Source: Acidimicrobiales bacterium (GTDB lineage Bacteria; Actinomycetota; Acidimicrobiia; Acidimicrobiales; Poriferisodalaceae). Taken from it: 64,000 nucleotides of DNA. Both the position numbers and the translations under genes were made by a program. The stretch spans positions 322,075 to 386,074 of the forward strand of contig JAWKIQ010000004.1 in NCBI GenBank assembly GCA_041394185.1, written 5' to 3'. The notes beneath the pieces were generated by a model, which searched no databases, was not told where the DNA came from, and saw only the letters and a program-made list of their open reading frames with translations. This document shows, piece after piece, positions 1 to 7,542 of this stretch; within the stretch, counting starts at the first letter, position 1; each line of letters begins with the position of its first letter.

Positions 1-334
1 GGCCCGGCACTCGTACCGCAACGGTTGGGGTCTTCCCGGCGGCATGATCGGCTGGAGCGAGGAACCCGAAGACACCATCGTTCGCGAGATGGCCGAGGAG
101 GTCTCGCTCTCGGTGACGATCGTCGGCAGGCCCGTTGCCATGCACCGCCGCGAACCTCGGCGCATCGAGTATTTCTATGACCTCAGGCTCGATGGGTGCA
201 CGCCCCAAGACGCGCACCCATCGAGCCCCGAGATCGAAGAGGTCCGCTGGTTCGAGGCAACAGAGCTTCCCCGCCTCGAGAGGGACGACTCGATCTCCTT
301 CGATGCCCTGGACGAGATCTTCAGTCGGGACTGA
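1..334 (+). CDS. NUDIX hydrolase, 5' end off-window
   Basis: The frame is open from base 2. A Nudix box, LPGGMIGWSEEPEDTIVREMAEEVSL (GX5EX7REUXEE pattern), lies at the window start. ORF track 44..334. Confidence 0.75.
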   Translation, partial: ARHSYRNGWGLPGGMIGWSEEPEDTIVREMAEEVSLSVTIVGRPVAMHRREPRRIEYFYDLRLDGCTPQDAHPSSPEIEEVRWFEATELPRLERDDSISFDALDEIFSRD

Positions 335-347
335 ACGCCGTTGCCTG

Positions 348-929
348 CTAGTCCAGGCTGAAGGGCGGGTATTCGTCGGTCAGCAGGAACATGTAGGCGT
401 TGACGCGGTGAGACAGTCTCATCGACTTCAGCACGAAGTCGCGCATGCCCTGGGGCCATGCGCCGGTGAACAGGATGGCGAAGAACGAGATCACCCACAG
501 GATCGCCGCAACGATTCCAACCACCGCCACGAAGAGCAGTGCCGGAATGGCCAGGATGATCCTGAACGCCACCGTCAGGCGGTTGCGATTCTCGAAGGCG
601 ATGTCGAAGTTGGAGATGACCGGCGAGCCACCTGGGTCGGCGCCCTGCATGTCGAACCCAAACGGCGGATAGTCCTCGTAGAGATAGCCGGCGAACGTGT
701 AGGCCCGCTCGCCATAGCGCACAGACATCGCCATGAAGTTGCCCAGCCCGACCGGCAGCTTGCCGGTGAACAGGATGGCGAACCAGGCGATCACGGCCAC
801 GAACTGGGTCGCGTAGTTGAGTGCTTGAGCGATGATCATGTGAGGTATCGCCATCAGCCAGTTGACCAGCGGACGCCATCTGGCGATTTGCAGCGGTGCT
901 TCTAGCTCGAATGTTGCCGGATAGTTCAT
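348..929 (-). CDS. DUF4389-like integral membrane protein
   Basis: An internal duplication gives two copies of the pattern WFAILFTGKLP...YPPFGFD / FFAILFTGAWP...YPPFSLD, which I recall as typical of DUF4389. Confidence 0.65.
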   Translation of the reverse strand: MNYPATFELEAPLQIARWRPLVNWLMAIPHMIIAQALNYATQFVAVIAWFAILFTGKLPVGLGNFMAMSVRYGERAYTFAGYLYEDYPPFGFDMQGADPGGSPVISNFDIAFENRNRLTVAFRIILAIPALLFVAVVGIVAAILWVISFFAILFTGAWPQGMRDFVLKSMRLSHRVNAYMFLLTDEYPPFSLD

Positions 930-1003
930 GGTGCCCCCAGGTGGATGTGACTACATGGTCGTGCCTGGAAGTTACTCCAGAGTTAACGGACAATGCCGCA
1001 GAG

Positions 1004-2293
1004 ATGGATGGCACCGGGCTGTTCGGGGCCTTTTGGGCTAGGTTCTCCGCCTTGCCGCAGACTCCGCCCGCCGATCGCCTCGCAGCGAACCTACGTCTCA
1101 TCGCGCTGCACGAGATGGTCGTCAGGGCCAACCCGTGGACAGCGGTGTTCGTGCTGTTCACGAGGTCGCGTTTCGACCTCGACGGAGCCGTGCAGCTTGC
1201 GGGCATCTACTACCTGTTCGTCGTGCTGTTCGAGGTTCCGAGCGGTTGGATGAGCGACCGCATCGGCAGGGTGCCGACCATCCGCATTGCGGCCGTCGCT
1301 TGGTTGGGGTCGTTCACCTGTTTCGCCGTTGGCGATGATCGGTTCGGCGTCATCGTGGCCGGCCAGGCGTTGCTGGCCGCCGGATACGCATGCTTGTCGG
1401 GCACCGACGTCACCTTCCATTTCGACACCCTCGAGGCGCTGGGTCGAGCCACTGAGTACGCAGATCGCCAGGCCAGGGTCGTCTCCAGAGGAATGGTGGT
1501 CGGCGCCACGGGCTTGCTCGCCGGTGGCCTGGTGGGCCTTGTCGACGTTCGGCTGGCTTTCGTGTTGTCGTTGAGCCTGGCGCTGGCCCAGACGGCCATC
1601 AGCTTTCGGTTCGTCGAGGCGCCTCACGGCGACCGGGCCGACGACATCTTGCGTCAGGTGGGTACGTGCGTTGGCTACCTCCGCAGCGCGCCGATTGCAT
1701 GGATCTTCGGCTATGGCGTGGCGATGGTGGTGCTGGAGCATGTTGCCTTCGAGATGCTGCAGCCGTGGCTGACCGAGGCGCTGGGTCGCTCGCCGAACGA
1801 CCTGGGCGTGGCTCCACTCTTGTCTGGTGCAACTCTGGCCGTCATGACCTTGGTGGGCGCGGCCGCGGCCCGATCCAGCGCGGTCCTGGGCCGGGCGCTG
1901 GGCGTCAGGTTCGCTCTGGTGGCGCTGGGTGCCCTGTCGGCGTGCATCGCCACGCTCATGGCCGCGTCCACGGGTCTGTGGGTGTTGGCACTGATTGCCT
2001 TCAGATCGGTGCAGGGTGCTGCGGCACCTGTGCTCATCAGCGCGTATGTCGCACCACGTATTGAACAGAGGCATCGGGCCACGTTCTTGAGTCTCGACTC
2101 GCTCGCTGGTCGGCTCACCTACGGCGCCTTGCTGTTGATGCTGTCGGTCGATGTCGGCGACGACGTGTCGAGGGTTCTGTGGAGGTTGTCGGCGGTCTCC
2201 TGGACGCTGGTCGCGTTGACGTTGTTGTCGGCGATGTGGGTGCGTCGAAGCCACGGTGCGGCAGGGCTCGACGACGGTCGGACGATGCAGTAG
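1004..2293 (+). CDS. MFS transporter
   Basis: Polytopic hydrophobic protein. The motif FEVPSGWMSDRIGRV is shared with the MFS at 19648. The ATG at 1004 was chosen because the 896 start overlaps the divergent gene. Confidence 0.7.
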   Translation: MDGTGLFGAFWARFSALPQTPPADRLAANLRLIALHEMVVRANPWTAVFVLFTRSRFDLDGAVQLAGIYYLFVVLFEVPSGWMSDRIGRVPTIRIAAVAWLGSFTCFAVGDDRFGVIVAGQALLAAGYACLSGTDVTFHFDTLEALGRATEYADRQARVVSRGMVVGATGLLAGGLVGLVDVRLAFVLSLSLALAQTAISFRFVEAPHGDRADDILRQVGTCVGYLRSAPIAWIFGYGVAMVVLEHVAFEMLQPWLTEALGRSPNDLGVAPLLSGATLAVMTLVGAAAARSSAVLGRALGVRFALVALGALSACIATLMAASTGLWVLALIAFRSVQGAAAPVLISAYVAPRIEQRHRATFLSLDSLAGRLTYGALLLMLSVDVGDDVSRVLWRLSAVSWTLVALTLLSAMWVRRSHGAAGLDDGRTMQ

Positions 2294-2323
2294 CCGTCGC
2301 CGGCACCGCGTAACGTTGCCACG

Positions 2324-3622
2324 GTGACAAACCCTGTTGAACAGGCCGACAACCGGTCGCGCATCTTCTACGGATGGTGGATCGTCGGCGCCTTGTTCAT
2401 CGTGCTGGTGACCACGGCTGGTCTGGGCTTCTACAACGCCTCGGTCATTCTCTCCGCAGCCGAAAAGGAGCTGGGCCTGTCGACCACCGTGGTCTCGGCG
2501 GCCACGGCGATGTTCTTCGGCGTCAGCGGCATCACCGGCTACACCCTGGCCAAGCGGATGGACCAGGTCGACATCCGACTGTTCTATCTGGCCGGCGGCA
2601 TCATGGGCGCCCTGACACTGTTCGGGCTCAAGTGGGTGCACAGCGGCCCGGCCTTGTTCTTGTTCTTCATCGTTTTTGGTGTGTCGTTCGCCATCGCCGG
2701 CCTGGTGCCGTCGACAACGCTGGTCGCCCGCTGGTTCGAAAAGAACCGCTCGGTGGCGTTGTCGGTGTCGTCAACGGGTCTCAGCGTTGGCGGTATTGCG
2801 ATCACACCGTTTGTCGGGCGGGCTCTGGAAGATCACCAGCTCGCCGATGTCGGGCCGTGGCTGGCCTTGGCGTGGATCATCGGGGTCGTGCCGATCACGT
2901 GGCTGGTGCTGCGTTCGTGGCCCGCCGACAAGGGCATGAAACCCGACGGCGAGATGCTGGCCGTCGACGAGAAGGTCGACCTGTCGAAGGTGCCAGGGGC
3001 CACGTTCGCTCAGGCGAAGGCCAGCCGCTTCTATCGCCTGCTGTGCGCCGTCTACGCGCTGGTGTTCCTGGCTCAGGTCGGTGGCATCGCCCACCTGTAC
3101 AACCTCACCAACGGGCGTGTTTCCTCGGCCGCCGCTGGTACGGCGCTGTCTGTTATGGCGGCGTCAAGCGTTGTGGGGCGCCTCATCGGGGGAGTGGTGG
3201 TCACCCGGATTCCCAGCCGCACCATGACGTTGGTGTTGGTGTTGGTGCAGTCGGCCGCGTTGGCGATCATCGGGCTGATGACCACCAAGGCGGGCATCGT
3301 CGCCGGCGCGGTGGTGTTCGGTCTCAGCGTCGGCAACCTGCTGATGCTGCAGCCCCTGCTGTTGGCCGAGACCTACGGGGTGCGCGAGTACAGCCGTATC
3401 TATTCGTTCAACCAGCTGTTCGGCACCATCGGAGTCGCTGGCGGGCCCTTCGTAATCGGTGCCATGAAAGACCTGTTCGACTACCGGGCGGCGTTTCTGA
3501 TCGCCGCTTTGGCCAACGTCGTGGGTTTCGGTCTGATGATCATGGCCGGTTCGACCAAGACGCGCGCTCGACCTGGGAGGCCGAGAACGCCGCTCTGGTG
3601 TGTGATGCCCGGCCGGCCCTAG
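2324..3622 (+). CDS. MFS transporter
   Basis: 432 aa with about 12 hydrophobic segments and GTG start. The N-terminus FYGWWIVGALFIV resembles oxalate/formate-antiporter-like MFS proteins. Confidence 0.7.
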   Translation: MTNPVEQADNRSRIFYGWWIVGALFIVLVTTAGLGFYNASVILSAAEKELGLSTTVVSAATAMFFGVSGITGYTLAKRMDQVDIRLFYLAGGIMGALTLFGLKWVHSGPALFLFFIVFGVSFAIAGLVPSTTLVARWFEKNRSVALSVSSTGLSVGGIAITPFVGRALEDHQLADVGPWLALAWIIGVVPITWLVLRSWPADKGMKPDGEMLAVDEKVDLSKVPGATFAQAKASRFYRLLCAVYALVFLAQVGGIAHLYNLTNGRVSSAAAGTALSVMAASSVVGRLIGGVVVTRIPSRTMTLVLVLVQSAALAIIGLMTTKAGIVAGAVVFGLSVGNLLMLQPLLLAETYGVREYSRIYSFNQLFGTIGVAGGPFVIGAMKDLFDYRAAFLIAALANVVGFGLMIMAGSTKTRARPGRPRTPLWCVMPGRP

Positions 3623-4155
3623 CAGTTGACCTCGACGGTTCCTTCCACGCCCTCGGCACCGAATTCACCAGCGGGAAGGAAGGTTCCGCTTCCGGTGATG
3701 GTCGAGCCGTCCTTGACCAGTTCGAGGGTGGCGCCCACCATCGAGTTGGCCTCCCACAGCGTGTCGAAAGTCTCGGCGTCGTAGATCGACACGGTCGCCG
3801 ACCCGCCGAAGCTGTCGTCGCCGAACTGGGTCAGGTCGAAGTGGTAGGGCCTGTCGTAGGACGTGGCTGTGAACAGGATGGTCGACCCTGCAGCCTCCTG
3901 CGACTCGAGCACGCACAGCACCGAGAAGTCGAATGTCTCGCCGTTGGCCAGCACTACCCGAGCGCTGGCATTGGCCCCGGCGGTGGATGAGGCGTCGTCC
4001 GAGCCTGCATCGTCCTCGGCGGCGGCTCCGGCATCGTCGGCAGAGTCATCGGCGGCTGTCGTGTCGGTCGACTCGGCGGCCGTGGTGGTGGCGGTGTCGT
4101 CGCCTGCCGACCCCGAGCCGTTGTCGTCGGAGTCGCCACCACATCCGGCGGCCAA
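3619..4155 (-). CDS. secreted lipoprotein with acidic low-complexity linker; signal peptide lies in another frame (apparent frameshift)
   Basis: The ORF begins at TTG with AAGCGGD, a lipobox-like Cys. The hydrophobic leader MRTFIALVLVAS (ATG 4192) is in a different frame and joins at an A4/T4 run at 4154-4157. Confidence 0.5.
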   Translation of the reverse strand: MAAGCGGDSDDNGSGSAGDDTATTTAAESTDTTAADDSADDAGAAAEDDAGSDDASSTAGANASARVVLANGETFDFSVLCVLESQEAAGSTILFTATSYDRPYHFDLTQFGDDSFGGSATVSIYDAETFDTLWEANSMVGATLELVKDGSTITGSGTFLPAGEFGAEGVEGTVEVNC

Positions 4156-4277
4156 AACTTGCGACGAGGACTAGGGCGATGAAGGTTCTCATGGGAGCCA
4201 CGAGACCGCGCGGACGACGGTAAGTCAAGTCACGTGGCGCGCACCGCCACGCAAGGCGCTACCGTATGCAGCCGCAC

Positions 4278-4354
4278 GGGCGCATAGCTCAGTTGGCTAG
4301 AGCGCTGCCCTTACAAGGCAGATGTCGGGGGTTCGAGTCCCTCTGCGCCCACCA
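4278..4354 (+). tRNA. tRNA-Val: tRNA-Val (anticodon TAC), CCA encoded
   Basis: Cloverleaf folded by hand: acceptor GGGCGCA/TGCGCCC, D arm GCTC-AGTTGGCTA-GAGC, anticodon arm CTGCC-CTTACAA-GGCAG, T arm GGGGG-TTCGAGT-CCCTC, discriminator A plus CCA. Confidence 0.93.
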
Positions 4355-4603
4355 TCCAGCTACTACCGGCGCTGATCCGGTCGCGGCCGGTTGCGTCTTT
4401 TGGGTTTGGGCGTACGACACGACCACGAGCTCACCGACGGTTGGGTTGTCGGGATCGTCTCGGGCTCGCAAGTCAGGTATTGGTGGTACAGGTGACGATG
4501 TTCGTATCGACCACACCTAGCACGCATTCGCCAATCCAGCGAGATCTCGTTCGCTACACCGAGTGGTTCCATCCAGACGGAACGACGTGGGCAGGAGCAG
4601 CCG

Positions 4604-5332
4604 GTGGGTGACAGTCGATGCCGGTACCTTGGCCTTCGTTTGTGCCTCGTGGTGTTGTTGGGGATCTCGTCCTGCAGTAGTAGCGAGGCTGAATTGTCGT
4701 GTGCTCGATGGGGGGAGCGCTTCGCAGGGGTATCGCCTGTGCTGAGGGTCGAAGATCATGTGCAGCTGCGAGATAGTGGTTTGCTGCTTGGTGGTGATTC
4801 AGCCTTGCCTTTGAACTCAGTCACTGGAGTTGAACTGGCTGAAGTTCGCTGCATTGCTTCGACACTGACGTCGACACACGTGCTTGCCGAGACCGCTGGC
4901 TCTTTCACAGGCCAAGGCTATGAGGTTTCCGGGAACGAGGGATCTACCGTCGGCCCGGCCGGGCCTGATCGGTGGAATCTGGAGTATGCCGGTTCGGCGT
5001 ATTCCTTGATCGCAGACCGCGGGCCGGTGATGATCTCATTGTCAGGTGGGTTGGTTGAGGATGGGCCTGTAGTCGCTCTTGGTTTGGTGGGTTCTAGTGC
5101 TGATGAGCTGAGCCTTCTGGTGGGTTATGTTGGCCCTGAGGATCTTGTAACGAGTGAGTGGGTGCTCGGTCTCGTGGAGGCCGATGAGCGCGGGTTCCAG
5201 CCCGAGGAAGTCGAGGTACTTCGGGCCGATCCAGGGACGGTCCTGGTGCAAGTCCCGCTTGCGCCGGATCAGTTTTCGGTCATGTCGGATCTCGTGAACG
5301 GGTTCGGTATCGGTTGGGCATGGGAACTTTAG
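4604..5332 (+). CDS. hypothetical protein, possible lipoprotein (N-terminal part only is credible)
   Basis: N-terminus LCLVVLLGISSCSSS is lipobox-like. The 3' third overlaps a minus-strand frame with much better third-position GC, so the true end is doubtful. Confidence 0.3.
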   Translation: MGDSRCRYLGLRLCLVVLLGISSCSSSEAELSCARWGERFAGVSPVLRVEDHVQLRDSGLLLGGDSALPLNSVTGVELAEVRCIASTLTSTHVLAETAGSFTGQGYEVSGNEGSTVGPAGPDRWNLEYAGSAYSLIADRGPVMISLSGGLVEDGPVVALGLVGSSADELSLLVGYVGPEDLVTSEWVLGLVEADERGFQPEEVEVLRADPGTVLVQVPLAPDQFSVMSDLVNGFGIGWAWEL

Positions 5333-5356
5333 CAGTAGCGGAGCTGCCCGTCCGAG
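5042..5356 (-). pseudogene. start-less gene remnant, possibly the C-terminal part of a tyrosine recombinase/integrase
   Basis: The minus frame is open from a TAG at about 5357 with no start codon until a TTG at 5251. Third codon positions are overwhelmingly G/C by hand count, unlike the overlapping plus frame. The pattern HEIRHD...IGLHETEHPLTRY resembles the HxLRH...LGH(x8)Y box of tyrosine recombinases, but the spacing is longer. Confidence 0.3.
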
Positions 5357-5602
5357 CTAAGACCTTGGTATCTGCAAGCCCGCTCGTTCCTGCTGAGGGA
5401 GGGGACGTTGCAGACCTTGTGGAGGTGAGTTGGCTCTGGTTGGAGGTCCATGTGCTATACGAGTTGTGACAGGTGCTGGCTAAGTCGATCGTGGTCAGAT
5501 CGTTCGCTCTCAGTGGCCGCACGAACGGGACGGTAGATGTGGCCATGTGCAGATGTGGGCTCGTGTCTCTTCAGAATCAGCATTTGGAGCCTAAGGAGCC
5601 GA

Positions 5603-6391
5603 ATGTCGGCCAAACATGACAGGGCGGATGCCAACAATCTCGCGGAAATTGAAGCACACTTCGGATTCGATGATGTGGCCGCTGCGCAGAACGTGCTCGC
5701 ACTAATGGATGAGGCATGGCTCTGCACCTATGGCCTGGTCAAGACACCCCCAAAGATCAGGAGTAGGGTCATCCAGCTCGCTAGCGGGGATATCAAGGAG
5801 CTCGCACGCTACGCCCACACGGCAGTTTCTGACTGGCGTCTTCTCTTCGATCAAGCCTCCGATGATGACGAAGAGGCGGTCGATACGGGCCCAATATGGG
5901 AGCGGGTTGAAGAGGGTGGATACTGGGACAGGTTCTACTCGGAGTTCGAGTTCAGCCCAATGAACCGTGAGCCAGACGGTCGTTCGTTCATCGAGCCGAA
6001 GGGAAGTGTTGTCTACTCGCTCGAACCGATCTACTCCGGGCACCACTCAAATGAATGGCTATCCAACGCCGTCAACTTCGCCGTCATCTGGGGTATCTCG
6101 AACAGCCTGAAAGACAGTGAGCCCATTGTGGTTCTCGACTGGCAGCATCCTACTCATCTGCTTTGGCATAGCCGAGCCTCCGAGGTCAGCTATCAGAAGA
6201 TGTTGGGCGAAGTTGCTCCGATTGCCTACTACGACTTCTACGCCTTCCTGAGCGCAGACATGACTTCTGGATCCATCGGCGATCCCTGGAGGAACACGCT
6301 ATGCATTTTCGGGCGCCCGCTCGTCGATACCGTCGAGCCCGTACTGAGCCAGCTTCTGCCTGTACTCCGGGACGACAGGAGCCTTGATTGA
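5603..6391 (+). CDS. hypothetical protein (C-terminal half reminiscent of DUF2716-type proteins)
   Basis: ATG at 5603 is preceded by AAGGAG. The 262-aa ORF has coherent, coding-like codon usage and sits in a lower-GC stretch. VVLDWQHP...DPWRNTLCIFG is recalled only as DUF2716-like. Confidence 0.55.
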   Translation: MSAKHDRADANNLAEIEAHFGFDDVAAAQNVLALMDEAWLCTYGLVKTPPKIRSRVIQLASGDIKELARYAHTAVSDWRLLFDQASDDDEEAVDTGPIWERVEEGGYWDRFYSEFEFSPMNREPDGRSFIEPKGSVVYSLEPIYSGHHSNEWLSNAVNFAVIWGISNSLKDSEPIVVLDWQHPTHLLWHSRASEVSYQKMLGEVAPIAYYDFYAFLSADMTSGSIGDPWRNTLCIFGRPLVDTVEPVLSQLLPVLRDDRSLD

Positions 6392-6839
6392 AGTTAGGAG
6401 GCCTTCTCGCCCCTTCCGGATTCCACGTCAGCCTTCTTGGTGCCTGGGTCGTGTACATAGCCGAATGCGTCAAGCCAGACGTCGTCGGTCGATGGCAGTA
6501 AGGGCACGTGCCACCCTTTATCGACACTATTCGGTGCTTGATCTTGAGAACGCATGGCGATTCGAGCCAGCGACCGGGCTTTCGCGGTTGGATCGGTCGG
6601 ACTTGGTTCTAGTGGTTGACAGCCTGGGCGTGGTGCGGTGGATTCGCCTGGAGTGCGGAGGCCTCTTTCGGATATCGGCCTATAGGTTGTGAGCCCTCGG
6701 TCAGAGAGGGCCGGTGGGTGCATCGATGGGCCGCTGCCGGAGCGGCGCCGACATTGGCGGTGTCCTCGATCGAGGTCATGGAGTCGGCTCGGTGCCAGCC
6801 TGGGATGGCGGGCGTTCGCACCGGTTAGGTTTGGTGAGC

Positions 6840-7505
6840 ATGGGGCGGATCCGATCGACTGCAGGATGGGTGTTCGTCGCGATGCTGACGGCGGCGGTGT
6901 TGGCCGTAGGCGGTTGTGGAGACGACGACAGCGGCCAGGGCACCCAGGGTGAAGACCTCACCGAGGCGGGCCGCGGGTTCGTGGGGACGGTCGAAGGAAC
7001 CGACGCCTTCGTCGCCCTGTTGTTGGGTGGCGGCGAAGCAGTCGTATATGTCTGCGACGGGTCGCAGGACATCTCCGAGTGGTTTGCAGGTCCAGCGGAA
7101 GGGTCGGGAATCGAGCTCAGCAACGAGGTCGGTGCCTCGGTCTCGGCGACTCTGTCCGACACTGGCTACCGCGGGTCGGTGACTCTCGGCGATGGGGAGC
7201 GCCACGAGTTCGAGGCCGTGGCGGCCGAGCCGGGAGCCGGGCTTCTGCGCATCACCGGACCGGAGGCAGAAGCCGACGGTGTTGTGGCCGGATGGATCGT
7301 CGACAACGATGGTGACTACCGCGGATCGCTGCGTGTGGGCGGATTTTCGAGAACACCGCCCGCGGCGCCAGGTGGATCGGTGAGTCTCGACAACACCAGC
7401 TACCCGGTGTCGGTCTTCCTGATTCCGCCTAAGACACCGGCTACGCCTCCGGGCGTTCCGATCCCTTATCCGAACATCGGGATGGCCGCTACCGCCACGC
7501 GCTAA
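6840..7505 (+). CDS. lipoprotein of unknown function with PAAR-like (DUF4150-type) C-terminal motif
   Basis: MGRIRSTAGWVFVAMLTAAVLAVGGCGDDD is a signal peptide plus lipobox. The C-terminus reads FLIPPKTPATPPGVPIPYPNIG. Confidence 0.65.
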   Translation: MGRIRSTAGWVFVAMLTAAVLAVGGCGDDDSGQGTQGEDLTEAGRGFVGTVEGTDAFVALLLGGGEAVVYVCDGSQDISEWFAGPAEGSGIELSNEVGASVSATLSDTGYRGSVTLGDGERHEFEAVAAEPGAGLLRITGPEAEADGVVAGWIVDNDGDYRGSLRVGGFSRTPPAAPGGSVSLDNTSYPVSVFLIPPKTPATPPGVPIPYPNIGMAATATR

Positions 7506-7542
7506 GGCTCCGCCATGTGAACGAGGCCGCCCCGGCCGTGAC

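Noticed and set aside
1091-2641. Very long ORFs antisense or out of frame to recognisable genes. Examples: 1091-2641(-), 17455-19002(-), 23741-25090(-), 32649-34967(-), 36839-38800(-), 40625-41632(-), 49876-52218(+), 56176-57780(-).
   Set aside because: Their translations are Arg/Pro/Gly/Ala-rich with no motifs, and each overlaps a gene with clear family signatures. These are typical shadow ORFs of GC-rich DNA.
4355-4410. Rho-independent terminator directly after tRNA-Val (ACCGG...CCGGT, T-rich tract TCTTTTGGGTTTGGG).
   Set aside because: The stems are only 4-5 bp and ambiguous, which is not strong enough to call.
6384-6723. Overlapping 102-aa (+) and 109-aa (-) ORFs in the gap between the islet gene and the lipoprotein gene.
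   Set aside because: Neither has an RBS, motifs or convincing codon bias. Only the last about 45 codons of the minus ORF look coding-like. I left this stretch unannotated as possible decayed sequence.
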